DNA of 64,000 nucleotides from Desulforegulaceae bacterium (GTDB lineage Bacteria; Desulfobacterota; Desulfobacteria; Desulfobacterales; JACKCP01): NCBI GenBank assembly GCA_034007295.1, contig JAVERC010000012.1, positions 5,329 to 69,328 of the forward strand, read 5' to 3'. Shown piece by piece: positions 48,844 to 57,308 of this stretch (position 1 is its first letter; each line of letters starts with the position of its first letter). The notes under the pieces were generated by a model. It saw only the letters and a program-made list of their open reading frames with translations, ran no database searches and was not told where the DNA came from. The position numbers and the translations under genes were made by a program.

Positions 48844-50976
48844 ATGACAAATATTTTACTTACAACCTTTGGAACTTCATGGCAGATAATACCTGAACTA
48901 ATAGGTTTTACAAATCCAGAAACAATAAATTTTTACAAAAATCATAAAGATATTTTTAAAATTGAAGAAAAAAGAAAAAAATTCAACATAAAAAATATAA
49001 ATGAAATCTGGATGGTTGGAACCAGTGGGAATAAAACTATTAATTCATTAAAAAAAATTAATGAATGGTACAACAAGATAACAACAAAAAAGCCGGAGCT
49101 TAAAATCTGGTTTGTAAAAAATTCAGATGACCTGACTTCAGAATATGAATGCCGCCAAATGGCAGAAACCATTCACAGAGTCACCCTTCTTGCCTATGAA
49201 AAAACACAAGGCAAAAATCTTTTTCTTTCCCTTACCGGAGGAAGAAAAACCATGAGTTCAGATTTGCAAAATGCTGCATCTTTTTTTGGATGCAGTGCAA
49301 TGATTCATATTTTGGATAATTTTGAAGCTGCCAAAAATTTAAGGGATAAAAATACAAATTTTTTTCTATCCCCTCTTCCAAATGAATTCTCAGATGCCTT
49401 TTATCCGGTAATAACAGGACAATACAATAAAAACATGCTTCTTGATATTGAACCGGTTATTTCCTCAAAAGATTTTTCTATTCCTTATCCAGAAACTTTT
49501 AAACCTGTTTTTACTGAATTTGAAGAAAATAATTATCTTATAGATGAAATTGAAAAAAGAAAAAACAATGCATCAAACCTGGTTTTTAATTATAGTTCAA
49601 AACTTATTCAAGGGGAAAATCAGACAAATTTTCTTGCTCTTTACACCCTTCCTCCAAAAATTATAAATTTTTTAAAAAATTACAAAATCGGACAAAATAA
49701 AAATAATTTAACAAAAGATTATAATCTCATAAAAAAACTTCCAAAAACAGAACTCCACTGCCACCTTGGAGGAATTGCAGATGTTTTTGACCTTATTGAA
49801 ATTGCAAAAGAACTTGAAAATGAACTTTTGCATTTTAAAAGAGATTTGGATTCATTATTTGAACCTGCAAAAAAACTTATTAAAGAAAAAAATATTGAAG
49901 AATTAAAAGAAAAATATAGTCCAAAAAAAATCAGAACAATATTAAAAAATATTCCAGAGCCGTTTATTACAGCGGGATTTATTCTTCTTTTCAAAGATTT
50001 TCCGGATTTATTAGAAGATTTTATTTACCAGGATTTAAAATTTGAAAATAAATTTTTTGCAAAAAATTTTACTCCCTATGAAAAAATTGGTGATTTACAG
50101 GGCTCAGGCCTTCTTCAGCATGAAAAAACCTTAAAAAAAGCCTGTCAAATTTTAAAAACAAAGGCAGCAAATCATAATGTAAAATATCTTGAAGTCAGAT
50201 GCTCGCCACATAATTATACAAGAGGCGGAATGAGTCCTTTTCTTGTATATGAAACAATTGAAAATGAATTTAAAAACTTAAATGAAATTGAATCAGGAAT
50301 TATTTTCATTGGAAGCAGACACGGTGAAATGAGCAAAATTTACAGCCATGTTGAACTTGCTGAAAATATTACTGAAACAAATGAAAATACAATTTTAAGA
50401 GGATTTGACCTTGCAGGAGATGAAAAAGCAAAAAAACCCTCCAAAATAAGAGAAGCATTTTTGCCTTTAATGGAAAAATGCATGCATTTTACAATTCATG
50501 CAGGAGAAAACATGCCTGCAGAAAATATATGGGAAGCTGTTTATCACTTAAATGCTGAAAGAATTGGACACGGCCTTACTTTAAAAGACAATCCCTATCT
50601 TATGGAAAAATTTTTAAATTCCGGCACTGCTCTTGAAATGTGTCCTTCAAGCAATTTTCAAATTGTTGGATTCAGAGATTTTTTAATGGATGAAACAAAA
50701 AACCAGCAAATTTATCCTCTTAAATATTATCTTGATAAAGGTCTTAAAGTAACAATAAATACTGATAACCCTGGTATTTCAAGAACAAACTTTTCAAATG
50801 AAATTTTAAAAGCTTCCAAAATGACTGAAAACGGTCTATCCCTTTGGGAAATTTTTATTCTGATTCGAAACGGCTTTAAATCTGCATTTGCAGACAGGCA
50901 AATCAAAACAAAACTTATAAAAAATGCAGAAAATGAAATTTTAGATTTAATTTTAAAAGGTGATTTTAATGAGTAA
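48844..50976 (+). CDS. cad1: CARF domain - adenosine deaminase fusion (Cad1-like type III CRISPR ancillary effector)
   Basis: 710 aa. N-terminal ILLTTFGTSWQIIPEL and LTGGRKTMS are Cas_NE0113-type CARF hallmarks. The C-terminal half carries the full ADA motif set: LPKTELHCHLGG (H305/H307), FTIHAGE (H552/E555), ERIGHG (H576), CPSSN, TINTDNP (D641). Confidence 0.85.
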   Translation: MTNILLTTFGTSWQIIPELIGFTNPETINFYKNHKDIFKIEEKRKKFNIKNINEIWMVGTSGNKTINSLKKINEWYNKITTKKPELKIWFVKNSDDLTSEYECRQMAETIHRVTLLAYEKTQGKNLFLSLTGGRKTMSSDLQNAASFFGCSAMIHILDNFEAAKNLRDKNTNFFLSPLPNEFSDAFYPVITGQYNKNMLLDIEPVISSKDFSIPYPETFKPVFTEFEENNYLIDEIEKRKNNASNLVFNYSSKLIQGENQTNFLALYTLPPKIINFLKNYKIGQNKNNLTKDYNLIKKLPKTELHCHLGGIADVFDLIEIAKELENELLHFKRDLDSLFEPAKKLIKEKNIEELKEKYSPKKIRTILKNIPEPFITAGFILLFKDFPDLLEDFIYQDLKFENKFFAKNFTPYEKIGDLQGSGLLQHEKTLKKACQILKTKAANHNVKYLEVRCSPHNYTRGGMSPFLVYETIENEFKNLNEIESGIIFIGSRHGEMSKIYSHVELAENITETNENTILRGFDLAGDEKAKKPSKIREAFLPLMEKCMHFTIHAGENMPAENIWEAVYHLNAERIGHGLTLKDNPYLMEKFLNSGTALEMCPSSNFQIVGFRDFLMDETKNQQIYPLKYYLDKGLKVTINTDNPGISRTNFSNEILKASKMTENGLSLWEIFILIRNGFKSAFADRQIKTKLIKNAENEILDLILKGDFNE

Positions 50977-51553
50977 TGAAAAAGTATTGTGCATAAAAAA
51001 AGAAAATCTTCCAAATAAATGGATTGAAAAATATGTAAGTCTTAATCTTAATGAAAATGAATTTGAAAAAAAGATTAATTCTTTTGAAGTTATTTTTGAA
51101 TCAAGAAAACTTGCTGAAAAAAATTTTGAATTAAAACAGATAATTCCATATATTTTAATCCAGAATTCAAAAAAACACCTCACAGGAATCTACAAAAGAA
51201 AAGGAAGCGAAAAAAGGCTTGAAGACTTGTGGTCAGCAGGAATTGGAGGCCATATAAATAATTTTGACTGCAAAAAAACTGTATATGAAACAATAAAAAA
51301 CGGAATGCTTAGAGAACTTTCTGAAGAAATAATAAATTTACCAAAAAATTATTCAATTACCTTTTGCGGAATTATAAATGAAGAAAAAACAGAAGTTGGG
51401 AATGTTCACCTTGGAGCTGTTTATAAAATAATATCTGATGATACAAATGCTTTTTTACCAGGAGAGGAACTTGATTCATTTCAGTTTTACAATACATCAG
51501 ATTTAAAAAATCTTAATATGGAAATCTGGTCAGGACTTGCTTTGAAATTGTAA
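50969..51553 (+). CDS. Nudix hydrolase (COG4112/YmaB-like), translationally coupled to cad1
   Basis: GIGGHINNFDCKKTVYETIKNGMLRELSEEI contains the Nudix box E-x7-REL-x-EE. ATG 50969 overlaps the cad1 stop (50974-50976). Confidence 0.8.
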   Translation: MSNEKVLCIKKENLPNKWIEKYVSLNLNENEFEKKINSFEVIFESRKLAEKNFELKQIIPYILIQNSKKHLTGIYKRKGSEKRLEDLWSAGIGGHINNFDCKKTVYETIKNGMLRELSEEIINLPKNYSITFCGIINEEKTEVGNVHLGAVYKIISDDTNAFLPGEELDSFQFYNTSDLKNLNMEIWSGLALKL

Positions 51554-51608
51554 CCTGATTACCTGTTTCTGATCCTTTTGAAGGTTCAAGGTTAATATCA
51601 ATAATCAT
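51513..51608 (-). pseudogene. Truncated MazF/PemK-type toxin remnant
   Basis: The minus strand reads MIIDINLEPSKGSETGNQVTISKQVLTRFPY*. IDINLEPSKGSETG matches MazF VDFDPTKGSEQAG, and similarity is lost afterwards. It follows the antitoxin ORF and overlaps the Nudix 3' end convergently. Confidence 0.4.
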
Positions 51609-51625
51609 TCCTCGCTTCAAAACCG

Positions 51626-51859
51626 TCATTCTGGCCATCCATTTGATGCAGCTTCTGTTAGTTGTTTTAACTCGTCATCTTCACAATAAATTTCAGAGTA
51701 TAATTCAGCAGATTTTTTCAAATTTTCAAGCTCGATTTGTTTTTTAAAAGAATCTATAGCCGCTCTAAGCATAGAACTTTTATCTTTAAAGCCATACACT
51801 TTAAAATTATTTAAAAAGTTCACCTGTTTTTCTTCAACGCTGAATTTAGCCTGCAACAT
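51626..51859 (-). CDS. Putative RHH/MazE-type antitoxin
   Basis: 77 aa. GFKDKSSMLRAAIDSF resembles a ribbon-helix-helix core. It has an acidic C-terminus and sits directly upstream of the MazF-like remnant. Confidence 0.5.
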   Translation of the reverse strand: MLQAKFSVEEKQVNFLNNFKVYGFKDKSSMLRAAIDSFKKQIELENLKKSAELYSEIYCEDDELKQLTEAASNGWPE

Positions 51860-52171
51860 AAACCCTCCCCATGGGTAGTTATATAAGTACTATTTTATAT
51901 CGCCAATATAGGTATTCTTTCAAAAAAAGTAAATAACAAACATTGATATAAAAAACATTAAATATCTGATAATTCAGTATGTTTCAATGTTTTATAAACT
52001 AATTTTTACAATATTTAAATTTAGATTTAAATCAATTCCATTCTTATAAAAACCAGCATTTTTTTAAAAAAAATAAATAAAAATTATTCAAAAAAATCAC
52101 AAATATTTGAAATCCTTTTTTTTACCGCCGTTTTTATTTTTTAGAAAAACAATAAAATCAGGAGGTTTGAA

Positions 52172-53506
52172 ATGGGTGCAAAAATTATCAAAAAAGCAGA
52201 AACTGTAAATCCTGCAAAAGAAATTTTTGAAGATGAATTTGTAAAACTAAGCGACCTTAAAATCAGCCAGTCCAGTTTAAAAAATTCTTCAATAAGAATT
52301 TCAGGACAGATTTCAGAGCTTTCATCCCAAAACAAATGGGTTGAAATTGTTGAACTTTTTCATCCGCTCAATGACAAACTTCCTGAATTTGCAAACTCAG
52401 AATTTGAAGCAGATTTAAGGTCAAAAATTTCTTTTGCTTTAAATCAGCTCAAAAAATTTGATGAAGCAATTATTGAACTTCAAACAGCAGTAAATCTTCA
52501 GCCAGACAGGTTTATGTTTCATCACAGTCTTGCATACACAGCATATAACTCGCTTTACAGTGCAAAAAACAGGGAAGTTTTTTTAAGGGGAAATCATAAA
52601 AAAGAAAGAATTGAACTTGCAAGAAAACATTTTCAGGCAGCAATAGCACTTAAACCTGACACAATAACAAATTTTTACCGCATGGGAATGCTTGTAAAAG
52701 AAATTGAAGGAAAACCTGACAAGTCAATAAATTACTTTTTTTCAGCAGTAAAAAACTGGGAAAATCTTTCAAATGAAGAAAAAGAAAAAAGACATCAGGA
52801 AAAGAAAAACTATATTAAAGCTCTTTATCAGCTATCTTCAGTTCTTTTAAAATCAGGTAAAACAAATGAGCCTCTTTTGTATCTGAATAAGTGCATAGAA
52901 TACGATAATGAAACAAATTATCTTATGCCGCAAAACAAGTATTTTGCTCTTGGAAAAATTTATTTTGCATTGGCAGATTATGAAAAAGCAGCAAAAAATC
53001 TTGAAGTTGCAATGGAACATTCTTCAAAAAAAGAAGATTTTATAATTGAACTTCTGGCAAAAACCTACTTTTTTTCAGACAAGGCAGAAAAAGGACTTAA
53101 AACCATAAACATTTTAAATCCAAATTATTTAAAACCCTATTGCAGATGGACAAAGGCAGATATTTTGTGCGGTCTGGGAAAACTTGAAGAAGCAGAACAG
53201 GTTTTAACAGATAAAATTGAATCAGATATGAGGTCAAGACACAAAAGTTTAATAAAGCTTTCACAGCTTAGATATCTAAGGGGTGATTTTTCAAAAGCTC
53301 TTGAATTTGCAGTAAATGCATACAAATTTTCAAAGGAAACCTGGAACAATGACAATGCAGAATCAATTTATCTTCAGGCAGTATGCCATTTCAAGCTCAA
53401 AAATTCTGACAAGGCAATCAGAGCAATGGCAAAACTTAAAGAAGTAAACCCTGCATATTCAAAACTATCTGTTCTTGAAGAAAAATTTTCCTCACTTGTA
53501 AAATAA
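52172..53506 (+). CDS. TPR-repeat protein upstream of the adaptation module
   Basis: 444 aa. AGGAGG RBS. Multiple TPR-like units (e.g. FDEAIIELQTAVNLQPD, YEKAAKNLEVAMEH, SDKAIRAMAKLKEVNPA). 10-bp gap to the next gene. Confidence 0.7.
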   Translation: MGAKIIKKAETVNPAKEIFEDEFVKLSDLKISQSSLKNSSIRISGQISELSSQNKWVEIVELFHPLNDKLPEFANSEFEADLRSKISFALNQLKKFDEAIIELQTAVNLQPDRFMFHHSLAYTAYNSLYSAKNREVFLRGNHKKERIELARKHFQAAIALKPDTITNFYRMGMLVKEIEGKPDKSINYFFSAVKNWENLSNEEKEKRHQEKKNYIKALYQLSSVLLKSGKTNEPLLYLNKCIEYDNETNYLMPQNKYFALGKIYFALADYEKAAKNLEVAMEHSSKKEDFIIELLAKTYFFSDKAEKGLKTINILNPNYLKPYCRWTKADILCGLGKLEEAEQVLTDKIESDMRSRHKSLIKLSQLRYLRGDFSKALEFAVNAYKFSKETWNNDNAESIYLQAVCHFKLKNSDKAIRAMAKLKEVNPAYSKLSVLEEKFSSLVK

Positions 53507-53516
53507 AAGGTGAATT

Positions 53517-55091
53517 ATGGCATCAAATACTGCAAAGAAAAATTTATTAAAAAATGCTGATTACAGCCTTCTTGCAAAAAAAATTGAAAATAAAATTATT
53601 GAAGGTGCAAATCATCAGGAAATTGAAAAATTTTTAATAAATGGCTCAATCATTTCAGGTCTTGATGAAGAAATGCTTATAAAATGGAGTGAGCTTGCAA
53701 GAATGAATTGCAGTATTGGTGCAGCCGAAAAAATTTACAATTTTATCCATAAAAAATATCCGGATAATTTTTTGGCTTATGAAAATCATATTGAAATGCT
53801 TTCCATTTTAAATGAAAAAGAAAAGCTTATAAAAATTACAGCTCTTGCAAAACAAAATGGTTATAAAACAAATACTTCATTTTTTCAGCAGGAAGAAAAA
53901 ACAGATGAAATTGAAAAAAGTTTTTATCCACTTGAAAATCTAAGGAAAAATCAGGAACTTATTGAGCATTATTTTTCACTTTTTAAAGGAAGAACAGATG
54001 TTTTTGCAAGACAGTGGCATTCTAAGGAAAAAAATGAGCAGGGTTATATTCCTGTAAGACAAATTCTTACAGAAGATGAAATTGAATCTCATATTTCAGG
54101 AAGAGAAACACTTGGAATTTATATTTTAAACTCTGATAACACAGTAAATCTTGGAGTTATAGATATAGATGTAAAAAAGGAAATCCGCTCTGTTAAAGAC
54201 AAAAAACTTATTGGAAAAATAAACCAGGAATCTTTATGGATGGTAAAAAGAATCAAGGAAATTTCTTTAAACTATGAACTAAATCCTCTTTTGGAGTTCA
54301 GCGGAGGAAAAGGATATCATTTCTGGTATTTTTTCAAAAACTCTCCAAAAGCAGGAATTGTAAAAAAAATACTTGAGTCAATTACAAGTGAAATTAAAAA
54401 TGATTTAACATATTTTAATTTAGAAGTATTTCCAAAGCAGGACTATCTGTCTGGAAAAGGACTTGGAAACCTCGTAAAACTTCCACTTGGAGTGCATAAA
54501 AAAACAGGTAAAAAATCATATTTTCCTGAATGTAAAAAAAGAGAAAATCAAAGCCAGCTTGAGTTTTTAAAAAAATATTCAAGACAGGAAATTGATAATC
54601 TCAATATTAAAGAATCAAAAGCTGAAATTAAGGATTTTCCGGTAAAAAAAAATTCTGAACTTCCAGAACTTGTAAAGCTCAAAAACCTTTGTCCGCCAAT
54701 AGGACAAATTATTGTTCAATGTCTTGATAAAAAAAATATTTCAAGAACCCAGGAAAAAATTATTTACCAGACAATAGGCTTTCTTCCCCAGGGAAGAAGG
54801 CTTGTTCACAAACTTTTTCAAAGAATGCCTGATTATAATGACAAGCTTGTTGATTTATATCTTACAAAACTTAAAGGAACTCCACTTGGGTGCAAAAAAA
54901 TCCACAATATAACAGAATATACAGGAAACTACTGCTATTTTGAAAAAACAGGCGATTATCTTACTCCCCTGCTCCATCTTGGATATTCACCGGAACAATT
55001 TAAGGGAAGGTCTGAAAAAACCCAAAGTCTTCAGCAGGCACTTGAAAACCTTAAAACTGCAATTTCAATAGTTGAAAGGTACATGAAATAA
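53517..55091 (+). CDS. CRISPR-associated primase-polymerase (CAPP)-like AEP/PrimPol protein
   Basis: 524 aa. FKGRTDVFARQW....GYIPV, catalytic GVIDIDVK (DxD), SGGKGYHFWYFF and KLPLGVHKKTGK are archaeo-eukaryotic primase motifs. Has a helical N-terminal region and a Cys-containing C-terminal domain. The stop is 1 nt before cas1. Confidence 0.7.
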   Translation: MASNTAKKNLLKNADYSLLAKKIENKIIEGANHQEIEKFLINGSIISGLDEEMLIKWSELARMNCSIGAAEKIYNFIHKKYPDNFLAYENHIEMLSILNEKEKLIKITALAKQNGYKTNTSFFQQEEKTDEIEKSFYPLENLRKNQELIEHYFSLFKGRTDVFARQWHSKEKNEQGYIPVRQILTEDEIESHISGRETLGIYILNSDNTVNLGVIDIDVKKEIRSVKDKKLIGKINQESLWMVKRIKEISLNYELNPLLEFSGGKGYHFWYFFKNSPKAGIVKKILESITSEIKNDLTYFNLEVFPKQDYLSGKGLGNLVKLPLGVHKKTGKKSYFPECKKRENQSQLEFLKKYSRQEIDNLNIKESKAEIKDFPVKKNSELPELVKLKNLCPPIGQIIVQCLDKKNISRTQEKIIYQTIGFLPQGRRLVHKLFQRMPDYNDKLVDLYLTKLKGTPLGCKKIHNITEYTGNYCYFEKTGDYLTPLLHLGYSPEQFKGRSEKTQSLQQALENLKTAISIVERYMK

Positions 55092-55092
55092 A

Positions 55093-56127
55093 ATGGAATC
55101 AGTATACATAATGGAGCCAGGCTCATTTATAAGAAAAAACGGCGGAGAATTTTCAATTGTAAAAAATGGTGCTGTTTTAAATACAATTCCCTCATCCAAT
55201 ATAAAACGAGTTGTTCTTGCAAAGGGGGTTTCACTTACCTCTGCTGTTTTGGATTATTTTGTAGACAATAAAATTGAAACTGTATTTTTAACAAGAAACG
55301 GAAAATTTCGTGCAAGAATTTCAACAGATGAAAACTCAAAAGTTGAGCTTAGAAAAAATCAGTATTTTTTATTGTCAGATTCTGTTTATTCCAAAAAATT
55401 TGCCTGTGCTGTTGTAAACGGAAAAATTAAAAACATGTCAAATTTCATGGCTTTGCGTGGAAGGGATTACAATGACAGACAGCTTTCAGAGGCAGGACTT
55501 GCTTTAAAAAGCTTTAAACCTGTTTATACAGATTCAATGGATAAAATCCGAGGCCTTGAAGGTGCAGCATCTGCACTTTATTTCAGAATGTTTAAAAAAA
55601 TGATTAAAAACAATGATTTTACCTTTGAAAAAAGAAGTAAAAGACCTCCACTTGATCCAATAAATGCCATGCTTTCATATATTTATACAATTATTTTGTC
55701 CGAGGTTTTAACAGCAATTCAGATAAAAGGATTAGACCCCTATCTTGGAGCTTTGCATGAAATTTTACACTCAAGACCCTCTCTTGCCTGCGATCTTGTT
55801 GAAGAATACCGTGCTCCGGTTGCAGACAGATTTGTTTTGGAGCTTGTTAACAGAAAAATTGTTAAAAAAGATGATTTTGTTTTAAGGGATATAAAAAATG
55901 CTTATGCAGATGAAAAAGACATGGCTCAAAATCGTCCTGTTGAAATGAAGCCAAAATTCAGGAACAAGTTTATTGAATCATACGAATATATGATGAATAC
56001 AGGACTTTTTTATCCGCCTGAAAACAAAAAAATGGAAATAAGAAAAATAATTACAAGACAGATTTCTCAATTTATTGAATCTCTCGAAAATAAAACAACT
56101 TACAAGCCTTTTGAATGGAAAAGATAA
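55093..56127 (+). CDS. cas1: CRISPR-associated endonuclease Cas1
   Basis: 344 aa. Typical Cas1 N-terminal beta domain (VYIMEPGSFIRKNGGEFSI...) and C-terminal helical domain with EGAASALYF, PLDPINAMLSY, DPYLGALHE, LACDLVEEYR. Confidence 0.9.
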   Translation: MESVYIMEPGSFIRKNGGEFSIVKNGAVLNTIPSSNIKRVVLAKGVSLTSAVLDYFVDNKIETVFLTRNGKFRARISTDENSKVELRKNQYFLLSDSVYSKKFACAVVNGKIKNMSNFMALRGRDYNDRQLSEAGLALKSFKPVYTDSMDKIRGLEGAASALYFRMFKKMIKNNDFTFEKRSKRPPLDPINAMLSYIYTIILSEVLTAIQIKGLDPYLGALHEILHSRPSLACDLVEEYRAPVADRFVLELVNRKIVKKDDFVLRDIKNAYADEKDMAQNRPVEMKPKFRNKFIESYEYMMNTGLFYPPENKKMEIRKIITRQISQFIESLENKTTYKPFEWKR

Positions 56128-56406
56128 ATGTTTTACCTTATCTGCTTTGACATTGTTGATGATAAAAAAAGATACCGTGCTGTAAAAATACTAAAAAAAT
56201 ACTCTGTGCGAGTACAAAAATCAGTGTTTGAAGCCTATGATTTAGATGATTACAAACTTCAGAAACTTCGCTCAAAACTTTCAGAAGTAATTGATCACAG
56301 TAGTGATTCTATACGATATTATCCTCTTTGCAGAGCTTGCAGAACTTATATAAAGCAGGAGGGAATCGGACCTGAGCCTGTTCGTGTTCCATGGGTTGTT
56401 GTTTAA
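56128..56406 (+). CDS. cas2: CRISPR-associated endoribonuclease Cas2
   Basis: 92 aa. MFYLICFDIVDDKKRYRAVKILKKY..RVQKSVFE is the canonical Cas2 ferredoxin-fold start. Abuts the cas1 stop. Confidence 0.85.
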   Translation: MFYLICFDIVDDKKRYRAVKILKKYSVRVQKSVFEAYDLDDYKLQKLRSKLSEVIDHSSDSIRYYPLCRACRTYIKQEGIGPEPVRVPWVVV

Positions 56407-56545
56407 CAATTTAACAAAATAATTGACTTATTATAAAAAAGTAAATATGAATTTTTTTATCAAATCAAACTAAATTTCAGGAATTATGAGCATTGCAGAT
56501 TTTTATTAATGCTCTTAAATGACTTATAACTTTATTGGAGGAAGA

Positions 56546-57121
56546 ATGAAAAAAGTATTATGTGGTTTATCAATTATGTTTATTTTTATTATTTCATCAA
56601 CTTGTTTTGCTGATAGCAAAATTAAACAAAGACAGGCATATGTTGGACTTAATGCAGGTATTGCAAACTATGAAATAAATAATACTCCAGACATGGAAAT
56701 CCCTATTTTAATAGGTAAGGCTGGTTATTTTATAATTGATTATATTGCAATTGAAGGACGTTTTGGTTTTGGTGTAGGTGACGATTCCATTAAAGAAGAA
56801 AATTATTACGGTGATTATGCTTCTGCTACTGTTGAAATAGACAGAGTTTATGGTGCTTATCTCTGCGGTTACGTTCCTATTAAAGATGCAGCATCACTAT
56901 ATGCGATTGCTGGTTATTCTGAAGGTAAAGTAAGCGGGAAATTTGAAAGCAATTTATTTAATTCATATGAAGATTCAGATACTGATTCAGATTTTTCATA
57001 TGGAGCAGGAATTGACTTTTATATTGATAAATTCTGCGTCAATGTTGAATACATGAATTATATGGATAAAGACGATTACGAAATTTCTGTAATCAGTGCA
57101 GGAATAAAGTATAATTTTTAA
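56546..57121 (+). CDS. Outer-membrane beta-barrel protein (OmpA-N/porin-like small OMP)
   Basis: GGAGGA RBS, signal peptide MKKVLCGLSIMFIFIISSTCFA, alternating amphipathic strands, and a C-terminal ..GIKYNF aromatic terminus. Confidence 0.7.
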   Translation: MKKVLCGLSIMFIFIISSTCFADSKIKQRQAYVGLNAGIANYEINNTPDMEIPILIGKAGYFIIDYIAIEGRFGFGVGDDSIKEENYYGDYASATVEIDRVYGAYLCGYVPIKDAASLYAIAGYSEGKVSGKFESNLFNSYEDSDTDSDFSYGAGIDFYIDKFCVNVEYMNYMDKDDYEISVISAGIKYNF

Positions 57122-57127
57122 TTTTTT

Positions 57128-57250
57128 TCATTCCCAAGCGGAAGCTTGGGAATCCAACAATTGTTCTGATGCCAGCATTTCAAGCTTATTTTGAATAGCT
57201 GACAAATATTTTTCAGCCTGTTTAGCTCCCCATTTATTATAGGTGTAATT
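57128..57250 (-). pseudogene. ParE/RelE-family toxin remnant
   Basis: The minus strand reads NYTYNKWGAKQAEKYLSAIQNKLEMLASEQLLDSQASAWE*. This matches the ParE block (F/Y)T..(R/K)WG..Q...YL......LLAE. An in-frame stop lies immediately upstream and the C-terminal half is missing. Confidence 0.35.
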
Positions 57251-57308
57251 TCAGATTTCAATTAATTTTGTCTTCTAGTTCAGACATAAGTAAATATGCA
57301 TTTCAAAC

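Noticed and set aside
53517-55091. Reverse transcriptase partner of Cas1 (RT-Cas1-type adaptation)
   Set aside because: There is no YxDD/RT palm motif. The DxD, GxGYHxW and KLPLGxH motifs indicate an archaeo-eukaryotic primase-polymerase fold instead.
57130-57153. 10-bp perfect hairpin (GGAA loop) as a bidirectional terminator between the OMP gene and cmr6
   Set aside because: No U-tract follows the stem on either strand, and it falls inside the ParE-like remnant reading frame. A terminator role is possible but unsupported.
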